A stretch of 64,000 nucleotides of DNA from Ignavibacteriota bacterium. GTDB lineage: Bacteria > Bacteroidota > Ignavibacteria > UBA10030. The stretch covers positions 1,024,001-1,088,000 of the forward strand of contig OY969585.1 in NCBI GenBank assembly GCA_963701295.1, in the 5' to 3' direction. This document shows, in pieces, positions 39,539 through 50,219 of the stretch. How positions within the stretch are numbered: the first letter of the stretch is position 1; each line of letters begins with the position of its first letter. Below the pieces are notes generated by a model. The model was not told where the DNA came from and did no database searches. It saw nothing but the letters and a program-made list of their open reading frames with translations. Position numbers and translations under genes: made by a program.

Positions 39539-40510
39539 ATGGCAAAGCTCAAAACAGAAAAGCCCAGCAAATCGCAAGTTCCGTATGTCTCCATTGTCAT
39601 TCCCCTTCTGAATGAAGAAGAATCATTGCGCGAGTTATTTTCGCATATCAGAGAGACGATGCGACGGATAAACAAGCGCTATGAAGTCATCTTTGTTGAT
39701 GACGGAAGTATAGATAATTCATTTAAAGTGTTAGCCATATTACACGCTGAGCATCCGGATAATGTAAAAGTGATTCGCTTTCGGCGAAATTTTGGTAAGT
39801 CGGCAGCGCTTTCGGCAGGCTTCAAAGAAGCAAAAGGCGACTTTGTTATTACGATGGACGCCGATTTGCAGGATGATCCCAAAGAAATCCCATTGCTCAT
39901 CGAAGCATTGGGTGATTCGTACGATCTTGTATCGGGATGGAAGAAAAAGAGACACGATTCTGCCATCTTCACGTTGCCATCACGTATCGCTAACGCTATT
40001 ACAAGTAAGTTAACTGGATTGTGTATTCATGATCTGAATTGTGGCTTAAAAATATATCGAAACGAGGTTGTAAAGGAATTGAAAATTTATGGCGATCTCT
40101 ATCGCTATATTCCTATTTTGGTGCATCAAGCCGGTTTTCGTGTGGGAGAGAAAGTTGTTCAACATCATCCACGAAAGTACGGACACTCAAAATATACCGT
40201 TGGGAAATTTTATCGTGGCTTTCTTGATTTGCTGACAATTCTTTTCACTGCAAAGTACATTCGCCGTCCACTTCATCTTTTTGGCATTTGGGGGCTTATC
40301 TCATTACTTATTGGTGGTGCAATAGATACATATCTTTCTGCTGAATGGTTTTTAGGACTTACAGTTTTAAGCAACCGCCCGCTTTTCATTGTTGGAATTC
40401 TATTTATTATTGTAGGCATTCAATTTATTTCTCTTGGCTTATTAGGAGAAATGATTTCGCGCCAAGGACAGGATGAGGAAACATATTCCATTCGTAGCAT
40501 TCTCAAATGA
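39539..40510 (+). CDS. GT2 polyprenol-phosphate glycosyltransferase (ArnC-like)
   Basis: VDDGS, RRNFGKSAAL, MDADLQDDP, two C-terminal TMs. Confidence 0.92.
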   Translation: MAKLKTEKPSKSQVPYVSIVIPLLNEEESLRELFSHIRETMRRINKRYEVIFVDDGSIDNSFKVLAILHAEHPDNVKVIRFRRNFGKSAALSAGFKEAKGDFVITMDADLQDDPKEIPLLIEALGDSYDLVSGWKKKRHDSAIFTLPSRIANAITSKLTGLCIHDLNCGLKIYRNEVVKELKIYGDLYRYIPILVHQAGFRVGEKVVQHHPRKYGHSKYTVGKFYRGFLDLLTILFTAKYIRRPLHLFGIWGLISLLIGGAIDTYLSAEWFLGLTVLSNRPLFIVGILFIIVGIQFISLGLLGEMISRQGQDEETYSIRSILK

Positions 40511-40519
40511 TGTATGGAT

Positions 40520-40723
40520 ATGAATTCTTCTACAAATATCTTGCCAATACCAATCATCTTGGTTTGTGGTTTAGGAGCACCATGAAGTTGCTTCTGCTGA
40601 TACCGCTTATTTAGTTTCTTGACTGTCTTCCAATCAGGGCGAAACTCTCGGGCAGCATCGCTGATGGTCGAGCTCCGGTAGCGTTCTCCGATATGCATCG
40701 GTCAGGCGTTTGTGCTTGCTCAT
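40520..40723 (-). mobile_element. ISL3-family transposase remnant
   Basis: GERYRSSTISDAAREFRPDWKTVKKLNKRY..KMIGIGKI resembles the ISL3 HTH-to-GIDE segment, degenerate. Confidence 0.65.
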
Positions 40724-40820
40724 AAATTTCAACAGATAATTTGTTATAGCTAAGACACACAAATACCTTGGTACTATTATTGATTGCTATTCATTTTTGT
40801 GCTATAATTTACCCACTCAT

Positions 40821-42458
40821 ATGGGAGAATACACCTCAAAAAAGAGGGATACAAGAGACCGCTATTCCTTCGGAGCGAAATTGGCACGTAGAGAAAAAGC
40901 AAAGGAAAAAACTGAACATTTCCGTATCAAGCTTTCAGAACGGCAATTGTGGCTTCTGACTGCTGGAACTGCGGCAGTGTACTTTATCTACTCCTTTTTC
41001 TCCAACGGATTCTATCAGCATGATGAAATTGCGCACTATTTGAACATGCTTGATTTTTGGGGCGATCCCAAAGTCATTCTCGGCAATTGGGCAAAGCCCG
41101 GATTCAAGTTATTGTATATTGTGCCGGCGCTCGGGGGGCATACTGCAGTATTAGTATTGAATTGTGTCGTAGCGGCGCTCGCTTGCTATATTGCATACAA
41201 AACTGCCCAAAAGCTCGGATCTGCATATCCGCTCTTTGCATTTCTGCTTCTTGCGCTTCAGCCCATGTGGTTGCAGCTTTCATTTCGGACATATTCTGAA
41301 CTCATCTCTGCACTGCTGTTCATTACAGCGGTCTATTTTCATCATAGCGAAAAGTATTTTGTATCGTCTTTGCTTCTCTCGTATGGAACGATGATTCGTC
41401 AGGAATTCATCATTATTGCTGCGTTGTACGGGCTCTATCTGCTCATGCAAAAAAGGATTGTAGCAGCCGCTTCGCTGGCGATATTTCCCATTCTTACGGA
41501 TCTCGCAGGTTTTCTTGCGACAGGCGATCCACTGTATCTGTACACTTCCACTCTAAAAACCGGAGCGACTTACGAGAGCAATTATCCTAAACAAGGATTT
41601 GAGCATTATTTTCTGATGGCGCCGACAATTTTTGGGCTTCTTGCGTTGAGCTTGTTGGTTCTCTATATCGCCTTGACTGTCTTTAAGAAAGAGAAGCCTG
41701 CCTATTTTCTAATTGTCCCTGCGGTCACGTATTTTCTCCTCCATTGTTTGTTCAACACGCAGAGTTTGACGATGGGAGCTTCGACAGGCGGAAACTTGCG
41801 ATATATGATTGTCATTGCACCCATTGTCGCTGTCCTTGGTAACCTCGCAATCGAGCGCTTCATGAAAATGCAGGATCGCTCCAAGGCTCTATTCTTTTTT
41901 GTTCCGTATCTGGCGGCGATCAGCATATGGACGACATATGCCCACAACAATGTTGTATTGCAGAGTGATGAACGGGATATGGCCCCGTTAGTGCTCGGAT
42001 TGGTGGCTGTGGGCGGAATTATGTTGTTCCGCAGTCCGCGTGCCGTTTTCAGCTTTCTGTCCATCTGCAGCATAGGTTTTGCATTGATCGTTGTCCACCC
42101 TATCCGACTTTCGACTGAAGACGCGCAGATTAAGGAAGTAGCGCGCTGGGCGCAACAAAACCAGATTGAATCTCAGCACGTGCTTGTGAACCACAGCGTG
42201 TTCTTCTATTTCTATGGAAAAAGTGCAGGCGGATTTTCCAATGGATCTGTCTCCATAGATTCTCACACGGTCGCGCAAGCGCCGGTCGGGTCCTATATTT
42301 TGTGGGATTCTCATTATTCATACCGCCCGGAGTGGAATCCTGAAGCCGTTCATTATAATTTCTTCCTCAACAAGCCCGCTCAATTCAAGTTGATGAAGGA
42401 GTTTATTTCAGCAGACAGACGGTTTGCAATGCTTTGTTTCCAGAAGATAGCTTCATGA
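40821..42458 (+). CDS. Polytopic membrane protein, probable GT-C glycosyltransferase
   Basis: ~12 TMs, early luminal QHDE acidic motif, RYM motif; glycan locus context. Confidence 0.65.
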   Translation: MGEYTSKKRDTRDRYSFGAKLARREKAKEKTEHFRIKLSERQLWLLTAGTAAVYFIYSFFSNGFYQHDEIAHYLNMLDFWGDPKVILGNWAKPGFKLLYIVPALGGHTAVLVLNCVVAALACYIAYKTAQKLGSAYPLFAFLLLALQPMWLQLSFRTYSELISALLFITAVYFHHSEKYFVSSLLLSYGTMIRQEFIIIAALYGLYLLMQKRIVAAASLAIFPILTDLAGFLATGDPLYLYTSTLKTGATYESNYPKQGFEHYFLMAPTIFGLLALSLLVLYIALTVFKKEKPAYFLIVPAVTYFLLHCLFNTQSLTMGASTGGNLRYMIVIAPIVAVLGNLAIERFMKMQDRSKALFFFVPYLAAISIWTTYAHNNVVLQSDERDMAPLVLGLVAVGGIMLFRSPRAVFSFLSICSIGFALIVVHPIRLSTEDAQIKEVARWAQQNQIESQHVLVNHSVFFYFYGKSAGGFSNGSVSIDSHTVAQAPVGSYILWDSHYSYRPEWNPEAVHYNFFLNKPAQFKLMKEFISADRRFAMLCFQKIAS

Positions 42459-43234
42459 GCAGCGTCATTGTTCTTTCAGAAGTAGAATCGGGCGAAAAAT
42501 TCCCGTCCATCTATTTTAAAATTGCTGACGAGAATCATTTCTGGTGCCAATGGCGATTTCGGATTTTTCTCCGGATGCTACAGGATTTGCACATTGATAC
42601 TGAGATGTCATGGAGGGTTCTTGATGTTGGTTGTGGCAATGGTGTCGTTCGCCGGCAGCTGGAAGCGCGAACAGCGTGGACAACGGACGGCACTGACTTT
42701 CCCATGGAGGCGCTTGAGAAGAATGTCGGAGTAAAAGGGAAAACATTCCGTTACAACGTTTTTGAAGAGCGGGAAGAATTCAGACATTCGTATGATGCCA
42801 TCATTCTCTTTGATGTGCTTGAGCATATTGAAGATCCTCCACGTTTTCTTCGTGCACTCGATTTTCATTTGAAGCCAGGAGGATGGCTTTTTGTCAACGT
42901 GCCCGCCTTGGAAGCGCTGCGCAGCCCGTATGATGCAGTTCAAGGACATCTGCGGAGATATACTCCTGAGATTCTCAAGGGTGAGTTTATCGGATTATCA
43001 TTTACGGTGGAATCGGTATCGTATTGGGGAATGATGCAATTGCCGTTGCTTCTTGCACGCAAGGCGGTACTTTCGATGATGAAGAAAAGAGGGGATGTGT
43101 ATAAAATCGGTTTCCAGCCACCGGCGAAATTTGTAAATACGATATTGGTGATGATTATGAAATTAGAGACGGCAATTCTTCGACAGCCGCCAATCGGAAC
43201 GTCGGTTCTTGGAGCATTTCGGAAAAAACCATGA
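42455..43234 (+). CDS. Class I SAM-dependent methyltransferase
   Basis: VLDVGCGNG, FDVLEHI, LKPGG, HLRRY. Confidence 0.9.
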   Translation: MSSVIVLSEVESGEKFPSIYFKIADENHFWCQWRFRIFLRMLQDLHIDTEMSWRVLDVGCGNGVVRRQLEARTAWTTDGTDFPMEALEKNVGVKGKTFRYNVFEEREEFRHSYDAIILFDVLEHIEDPPRFLRALDFHLKPGGWLFVNVPALEALRSPYDAVQGHLRRYTPEILKGEFIGLSFTVESVSYWGMMQLPLLLARKAVLSMMKKRGDVYKIGFQPPAKFVNTILVMIMKLETAILRQPPIGTSVLGAFRKKP

Positions 43235-44226
43235 AAACTGCCAGGCTAAAGAAAAAAAAATTATTCAAAACGACGGAACTATCTGTTGTAGTACCTGTCT
43301 ACAACGAGGAGGAGACGGTCGGTTTCCTGATCGAGCGATTGGTAGCGGTGCTTGCCTCGATCACGAAACGGTATCAAATCGTTTTCGTGAATGACGGAAG
43401 CGCAGATAGAACATACGTGATCATTTCGCATGCAGCCGCCAAGAATCCAAACATCCATATTATTGATCTCTCCCGCAACTTTGGACATCAGACGGCAGTA
43501 GCGGCTGGATTGGCATACGCTGTTGGTGATGCGATTATCGTGATGGACGGCGACTTGCAGGATCCGCCTGAATTGATTCCAGACTTTGTTCGGATGTGGC
43601 GAGAAGGCTATCAGGTTGTCTATGCAGTCAGGGCAGAACGCAAGGAAAATATGCTGAAGAGAAGCGCCTATAAGGCTTTCTACCGAACGCTTCATCGCTT
43701 TGCGGATATTGATATTCCGCTGGATTCGGGAGATTTTGGCTTGATGGACCGATGTGTCGTTGATACAATCAATGCGATGCCGGAGAGGAACCGATTCGTT
43801 CGAGGTCTTCGCAGTTGGGTGGGCTTCCGTCAGATCGGATTGCCGTACAGCCGTGATGCTCGCTATGCAGGTGATTCAAAATACTCACTGATGAAACTCA
43901 TGAAGCTTGCGATTGATGGCCTGCTTTCCTTTTCGACGTTGCCCTTGAAAATCGCCACGGCGATTGGATTTGTCATATCATTCTTTAGTTTTCTAGGAAT
44001 CATTTTCTATCTATATTTATTTCTCACAACACCAAGGGTACCGGGATTTACTACACTCATTATTGTTCTCCTGTTTATTGGCGGCGTTCAGTTGCTGACG
44101 ATAGGAATCTTGGGTGAGTATGTCGGGCGAATCTATGAAGAGAGCAAGCATAGGCCGATGTTTATAGTTCGCAAAACAATAAACACTCAACATAAAGATG
44201 AGTTACCGAGTGAGAAAAAATCTTAG
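43231..44226 (+). CDS. GT2 bactoprenol glycosyltransferase (GtrB-like)
   Basis: VNDGS, LSRNFGHQ, MDGDLQDPP, RFVRGLRSWVGF, GEYVGRIYEE. Confidence 0.92.
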   Translation: MKTARLKKKKLFKTTELSVVVPVYNEEETVGFLIERLVAVLASITKRYQIVFVNDGSADRTYVIISHAAAKNPNIHIIDLSRNFGHQTAVAAGLAYAVGDAIIVMDGDLQDPPELIPDFVRMWREGYQVVYAVRAERKENMLKRSAYKAFYRTLHRFADIDIPLDSGDFGLMDRCVVDTINAMPERNRFVRGLRSWVGFRQIGLPYSRDARYAGDSKYSLMKLMKLAIDGLLSFSTLPLKIATAIGFVISFFSFLGIIFYLYLFLTTPRVPGFTTLIIVLLFIGGVQLLTIGILGEYVGRIYEESKHRPMFIVRKTINTQHKDELPSEKKS

Positions 44227-44366
44227 CAGCAAGGCTACCCGGTGTGTGGAGCACCTTGGAATAGAATTGCATGCCGAACAAATCCAGATTCAATTATTGC
44301 AAAGTGGAAGTTGCTCCAGATGACTCACGTTCTCTATTTCCCAAAAGTGCCGCAAGATTGTAGCCT

Positions 44367-45512
44367 ATGAAGATCGTGCTCATTGGCCCGGCGTATCCGA
44401 TCCGCGGAGGGAATGCACTATTCATCGCATATCTCTATGAAGCACTGGCGGCAACGAATGATGTTCAGGTGATTTCCTTCTCGCGTTTGTATCCGGAATT
44501 TCTCTTCCCTGGTGTACGACAAACAGATGTAAGCGGTGTTGCCATTAAAAAACATCCTGCCACACACACCATCGATTGTCTAAATCCACTTACGTGGTGG
44601 AAAGCTGCACGTGTTGCTGCATCATTGAATCCCGATATGCTTGTCTTTACTTGGTGGAATCCTTTCTTCGGTTTCATCGTGAGAACCATCGCTTCAGAAT
44701 TTAAACGACGAACAAAAAAACCGGTCGTCATCATAGCAGAGAATGTCATATCACATGAAGGACGATGGATTGATCTGTTCCTCACAAAGATCGCGTTGCG
44801 GACTGCGAATCGCTTCCTTGTCCTCTCCGGTGTTGTTGAAGAGAATATCAGACAATTATTCCCTACTACTAAAGTTTTCCAATCCTCGTTACCGATTTAT
44901 GATTGTTACCAGACCACAGAACAACTCACCCAACAACAGGCACAGCAACGGTTAGGATTAGATGGAAAGAACGTTCTGCTGTTTTTTGGTTATGTTCGAA
45001 AGTATAAGGGATTAATGAATCTTATAGAAGCACTGCCGTTGATTCTGGAGAAAGTTGGGAATGCACATTTGCTCATTGTTGGGGAGTTTTATGATGATCC
45101 GCAACCATATTTGAATGCCATACGACGGCTTGGTCTCGACAAGAATATCACAATCATAAATGAATATGTTGCAAATGAGACAGTGCATCTCTATTTTACA
45201 GCAGCGAATCTTGCCGTTCTTCCGTATAACGAAGCGACACAGAGCGGTATTTTGAGTATTGCATACGGCTTTGCCAAACCGGTTGTTGTCACAAACGTCG
45301 GTGGGTTGGCAGAATTAGTGAATGATGGAGGAACGGGGTATATTGTGCCTCCGCATGACATCACCAAACTTGCCGATGTTATTATCCGATATCTCAAGGA
45401 TAATCACGAACAGTTTTTTTCGCATAATATCGAAGCGAAGAAGCAAGAAAACAGCTTTCACAACATCCGGAATATATTTGATACAATTCAAACAGATCTT
45501 CAGAAAACATGA
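44367..45512 (+). CDS. GT4 glycosyltransferase
   Basis: GPAYPIRGG, FFGYVRKYKG, LPYNEATQSG. Confidence 0.9.
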   Translation: MKIVLIGPAYPIRGGNALFIAYLYEALAATNDVQVISFSRLYPEFLFPGVRQTDVSGVAIKKHPATHTIDCLNPLTWWKAARVAASLNPDMLVFTWWNPFFGFIVRTIASEFKRRTKKPVVIIAENVISHEGRWIDLFLTKIALRTANRFLVLSGVVEENIRQLFPTTKVFQSSLPIYDCYQTTEQLTQQQAQQRLGLDGKNVLLFFGYVRKYKGLMNLIEALPLILEKVGNAHLLIVGEFYDDPQPYLNAIRRLGLDKNITIINEYVANETVHLYFTAANLAVLPYNEATQSGILSIAYGFAKPVVVTNVGGLAELVNDGGTGYIVPPHDITKLADVIIRYLKDNHEQFFSHNIEAKKQENSFHNIRNIFDTIQTDLQKT

Positions 45513-46624
45513 TCCTTAAACTCGACTGCAAACACTTTCCCGGCGACCGGCCGTGTGTCTTCAATAAACGCGAAGGCATGAAGTGCGACAACTGCCCATA
45601 CTATGAAACCGTAGACACGCGTATCCTGATCGTGAAACTTGATGCTATTGGTGATGTGCTAAGATCGACATGCATTCTTCACGGACTCAAAGAGGAATAT
45701 CCAAAAAGTGAGATTATTTGGATCACTCGTAAGAATGCGGTACCTCTCTTCGAGAATAATAAACTTGTTGACCGCGTGCTTGTCTTCGAATCAACCGAAG
45801 CATTTGTGCACACGGCAATCGAAGAGTATGACGTTATCATCAATCTCAATTCTTCTCCTGAGAGCGCGGCACTTGCTTCGATGGCAAAGGGTCAAAAGAA
45901 AATTGGCTATGGTCTTGATATACATGGAGATGTGTTTCCATTCAATCCGGAAGCTGTCACATGGTTTGAAATGGGTGCCTTTGACGATGTAAAAAAGAAG
46001 AACATACATTCGTTTCAAGATTTAATGTTGGAAATGTGTCAGCTTAAGACCAAGAAGAAAGATATTATTCTTGAATTGTCTGAAGAGGAGTTGGCATTCG
46101 CACATTCGTTCGCACAACGGCACCAAATCTCAACACAAGCTTCAATCATTGGCATGAATACAGGTGCCAGCGAAAGATGGCAGTTGAAGCAATGGACATT
46201 AGAAGGGTACGAGGCACTCATCCAATTGCTGCTTGAAAGAACAACAGCAACAATTCTGCTTTATGGCGGACCGTCGGAAAAAGAACGGAATGCGCATCTC
46301 TCTACACTTCATTCAACTCGCGTTGTGGACACCGGAGCTGAAAATTCACTCCGTCAATTCTTCGCACTGCTGACGTTAAGCGACGTATTCGTCACTGGAG
46401 ATACACTCGCACTCCACGCCGCTACAGCCCTGCAGAAGAAAATTATCATAATCGTCGGGCCAACATCTATGGCGGAAATTGATTCATACAACCAGCAGAT
46501 CATTAAGGTTCAAGCAGATCTCGATTGTCTTGTCTGCTACAAACCGCGTTGCGATTTCAATCCCAATTGTATGAACTCCATAACACCGGAACAGATATTT
46601 TCACTGATCAATACTCATCTATGA
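45509..46624 (+). CDS. GT9 heptosyltransferase-like protein
   Basis: KLDAIGDVLRS, TGDTLALHAA, CLVCY..C..C. Confidence 0.88.
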   Translation: MILKLDCKHFPGDRPCVFNKREGMKCDNCPYYETVDTRILIVKLDAIGDVLRSTCILHGLKEEYPKSEIIWITRKNAVPLFENNKLVDRVLVFESTEAFVHTAIEEYDVIINLNSSPESAALASMAKGQKKIGYGLDIHGDVFPFNPEAVTWFEMGAFDDVKKKNIHSFQDLMLEMCQLKTKKKDIILELSEEELAFAHSFAQRHQISTQASIIGMNTGASERWQLKQWTLEGYEALIQLLLERTTATILLYGGPSEKERNAHLSTLHSTRVVDTGAENSLRQFFALLTLSDVFVTGDTLALHAATALQKKIIIIVGPTSMAEIDSYNQQIIKVQADLDCLVCYKPRCDFNPNCMNSITPEQIFSLINTHL

Positions 46625-46687
46625 TGAGTAATCAAATTGTTTTCAATGCATGTTCAGTTGCTTGTTTTCTTCAAGAGTGATATTTGA

Positions 46688-47497
46688 ATGTATTACGATC
46701 CTATTAAATTTTTTTTTGGAAATATCATTCGCAAGAATCCTCGATTGAGGATTCTGTTCTATAAAATTCTCGGATTGATGTTTCTCCGCGAGTGGCATGT
46801 AAAGCGTGAACTCAGGCGCCAATTGAGTGCACGGAATGAGCCCTTCACTGTTTATGATGCCGGCAGCGGTTTCGGACAATATTCATACTATATAGCAAAA
46901 CAATTTTCACTCGCGTCTATCTATGGAATCGACTTGAAAGCGGAGCAGGTTGCCGACTGCAATCAATTCTTCCATGCTGTTGGTTCAACGCAATGTTCTT
47001 TTGCCGTAGAGGATTTGACAAAGATACGGCATTCCGAGGAATTTGATTTCATTCTTTCTGTTGATGTCATGGAACATATTCCGGATGATGTTGGAGTTTT
47101 TCAAAATTTTTATCGTGCACTTAAAAAAAATGGGCAACTTTTCATCAATACACCATCTAACTTAGGGGGGTCCGATGTACATTCGGAAAGCGACCACAGC
47201 TTTGTCGAAGAACATGCACGTAACGGCTATGGTATGGAGGAGATACGGAACAAATTGGCTGCCGCCGGTCTTCACGTCGAGATGATACGTTACACGTATG
47301 GACATTGGGGTACCGTTGCGTGGCGATTGGGTATCAAATTCCCATTGATGCTTTTGAATGCCTCAAAAGGATTTCTTATCTTGCTGCCACTCTACTACCT
47401 CATCGTATTACCGTTTGTTTTTCCGATGATGTGGTTGGATTATATTACAGACAATAAAACTGGTACAGGATTGAATGTCGTGGCAAAGAAAGTGTGA
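46688..47497 (+). CDS. Class I SAM-dependent methyltransferase
   Basis: YDAGSGFGQY, VDVMEHI. Confidence 0.88.
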   Translation: MYYDPIKFFFGNIIRKNPRLRILFYKILGLMFLREWHVKRELRRQLSARNEPFTVYDAGSGFGQYSYYIAKQFSLASIYGIDLKAEQVADCNQFFHAVGSTQCSFAVEDLTKIRHSEEFDFILSVDVMEHIPDDVGVFQNFYRALKKNGQLFINTPSNLGGSDVHSESDHSFVEEHARNGYGMEEIRNKLAAAGLHVEMIRYTYGHWGTVAWRLGIKFPLMLLNASKGFLILLPLYYLIVLPFVFPMMWLDYITDNKTGTGLNVVAKKV

Positions 47498-47626
47498 TAT
47501 TGTGTGTGCCAATGAGTTTCTTGAAAGTAACCCCTTTTCTCTGTATTATATTTTTAGAAGAAAATCAAATCAAGCTCCTCATTGTCAAAAATTTCTCACA
47601 ATATTCATGAGGGATTAAAAATATTT

Positions 47627-50176
47627 ATGACAAAGAAAGTAAGAGAACAGATTCGTAATCCCAAAACCACGGTTGAACATCCCATCGTTCCCCCGAAGTA
47701 TCAGCATCCTGTTGCTATTGCTATTATTTATCTCAGTTTACTATTATTTTTCCATTCCATTATATTCGACGGCAAATCGTACCAAGGTGCAGATTCAATT
47801 GCCTCACATAGTTGGGATACATTATATAAGGATGCTAAAGCAGAGGGAATTGTTCCACTATGGAATCCATATATTTTTTGTGGAATGCCGGGATATGCAA
47901 GTGTCACATTCGCAGTAGAAAGAACGTTTGACCTAACAGCCTTTGTATGGGAAAAGATAGTCCGCACTGTGCTCACATACCTTTTCTTAGATAGAGGCCA
48001 TCAATCAGGCACATGGATACTGTTCTATTTTGTCTATGGAATTGGTGTCTACTTTTTTGCCTATCAGCGGCTTAAAAATAAACCGGTTGCATTGATCGTG
48101 TCGTTAATGGCAATGTATGCGACGCGTGTTGCAATTTTGATTATGATTGGTCACGTCACCAAAATTGCCGTGCTTGCATGGTTTCCCTATGTATTTCTTA
48201 TTGTGGATAAACTACGTGAGAAGTTTAATTTACTTTTAGCCCTTTTACTCATTATTATGCTGCGGCTGTTATTAGAACCAACCCATGTACAATTCATTTA
48301 TTACATTTATTTGTCTCTGGGATTTTATCTGATCTTTTTCTTTGTTCAAGCACTGCTAAAAAAAGAGAACTGGAAGGGAGTTCTTGTAAGTGGAACAACA
48401 TTATTGACCGCCACCATTTTTGCAGTTCTTATGGGAGGAGACCAATATTTGTCGATACTCGAATACAATCCATATTCGATCCGTGGAACAAATCCTATTA
48501 TACATACATCATCAACATCACAAACAAAAACTGTTGAGGGTGGATTGGACTACGATTATGCAACGAATTGGTCGTTCAGTCCCGGTGAGATGATGACTTT
48601 CTTTGTCCCTTCATGGTACGGATTTGGAAATCATCCTTACCAGGGTCCATTAACGCAAGACCGGGAAATTAGACTAAACACATACGTAGGCCCGCAACCA
48701 GATGTTGATTCTCCTCAATATATGGGTGTTGTCGTTATTATCCTTGCAATCATCGGATTCGTCAAGTATCGAAAAGAACCATTTGTTCAATATATGGGAA
48801 TTATAATTCTATTTTCATTGCTTGTCGCATTTGGAAAGGAGTTTTCGCTTATTTACGATCTGTTGTATCGGTACCTTCCTATGTTCAACAAGTTTCGAGT
48901 TCCGCTGACAATTCTCATACTCGTCCAATTCTTTACACCCATTCTTGCCGGGTATGGGATTGTATCATTTATTCCAGAACAAAGGAAGAACTTAACCTCT
49001 TTTCAGGAGAAACGATGGAAATATGCGCTTGGAGGCATTGGTCTCGGTATTCTTTTTGCCGTCATAGGCGAGGGAGTAATCAAAGGGATTTATAGGTCAT
49101 TTTTCCCAGTTCAAGAAGTTGGTAATATTCTAGCGCGATTCTATGGCCAACTTAATCCGGCGGCTCTCGAAATGCTGTATGATTTTATTGTCTCTTCTGT
49201 CATAACGGATGTTCTTGTTGGGTTTGTTCTCCTTATGGTTGTGTTTAGTGCTTTCTTTTTTTATAACAAAGGAAAACTAAAATCCGCAACGTTGTATGGC
49301 ATACTCGTTGTTGCCGTTCTCTTTGATCTCTGGCGTGTCGCATGGAAACCCTCAGACCCAAAAGATCAGAAGGAAAGCCTCCAATATATCCCAACGCCAG
49401 AGTTTGTAAAAGCATTGCAACAAGATACTACAATATTCCGTGTATTGAAAATTCAAGATGGTCAACCTATTTATGATAACTCGCTTGCATACTGGCGTAT
49501 CTCGAATGCCTATGGATATCAAGGAGCAAAGATGCGCATTTATCAAGACATGGTCGATGTAGCCGGGCTGGGAAATCCGCTCGTGTGGCAACTCATGAAT
49601 GTAAAATATCTAATTACCAATCGGGACGAATCAAACCCTGGATTAATGCAAGTATATAATAGTCCGGGAACAAACGTTTACGCCTTCCGATCATGGCTAC
49701 CCAGAGTATTCTTTGTTAACCGATGTGAGGTAAGCGATGGTTTGAGTACGCTTAATAAAATAGCCGCAGTGTCATTCGATCCGCGCGATATTGCCTATAT
49801 CTCAAAAACAATTACTGCAAATATCGATTCTCCATTACAAGGCACAGAAGCAGCTATTGTTCATTATGGAATTCAAGATCTTGAAATACGCGCAACGGCG
49901 ACAGGGAATAATCTTTTATTTCTCAGTGAAGCGTACTATCCTAAGGGATGGAAAGCGTTTATCGATGGGAAAGAGGTGGAAATTCTTCGGCTTGATTATC
50001 TCTTCCGTGGTGTTATTATTCCTTCGGGAACTCATACACTCACGATGAAGTTTGAGTCGGAATCATTTACAATCGGTAAGAATATCAGCTTAGGAACCAA
50101 TCTTTTGGTTCTCAGCGGTCTTTTAGTGTTCGCGATACAATTTTTTATTCGAAAAAAGAAAGAATTACAAGTCTAA
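47627..50176 (+). CDS. YfhO-family membrane protein (GT-C)
   Basis: PLWNPYIFCGMP, GGLDYDYATNWSF, LSEAYYPKGWKAFIDG. Confidence 0.85.
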   Translation: MTKKVREQIRNPKTTVEHPIVPPKYQHPVAIAIIYLSLLLFFHSIIFDGKSYQGADSIASHSWDTLYKDAKAEGIVPLWNPYIFCGMPGYASVTFAVERTFDLTAFVWEKIVRTVLTYLFLDRGHQSGTWILFYFVYGIGVYFFAYQRLKNKPVALIVSLMAMYATRVAILIMIGHVTKIAVLAWFPYVFLIVDKLREKFNLLLALLLIIMLRLLLEPTHVQFIYYIYLSLGFYLIFFFVQALLKKENWKGVLVSGTTLLTATIFAVLMGGDQYLSILEYNPYSIRGTNPIIHTSSTSQTKTVEGGLDYDYATNWSFSPGEMMTFFVPSWYGFGNHPYQGPLTQDREIRLNTYVGPQPDVDSPQYMGVVVIILAIIGFVKYRKEPFVQYMGIIILFSLLVAFGKEFSLIYDLLYRYLPMFNKFRVPLTILILVQFFTPILAGYGIVSFIPEQRKNLTSFQEKRWKYALGGIGLGILFAVIGEGVIKGIYRSFFPVQEVGNILARFYGQLNPAALEMLYDFIVSSVITDVLVGFVLLMVVFSAFFFYNKGKLKSATLYGILVVAVLFDLWRVAWKPSDPKDQKESLQYIPTPEFVKALQQDTTIFRVLKIQDGQPIYDNSLAYWRISNAYGYQGAKMRIYQDMVDVAGLGNPLVWQLMNVKYLITNRDESNPGLMQVYNSPGTNVYAFRSWLPRVFFVNRCEVSDGLSTLNKIAAVSFDPRDIAYISKTITANIDSPLQGTEAAIVHYGIQDLEIRATATGNNLLFLSEAYYPKGWKAFIDGKEVEILRLDYLFRGVIIPSGTHTLTMKFESESFTIGKNISLGTNLLVLSGLLVFAIQFFIRKKKELQV

Positions 50177-50219
50177 AATGATGTTGAATCTGTACGAAAG
50201 CAAAGAGAAAGGGTTCTAA

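Noticed and set aside
44232-44366. Nested short inverted repeats (aggctac/gtagcct; tggagca/tgctcca) as a MITE
   Set aside because: Arms are only 7 bp, single copy, no target-site duplication.
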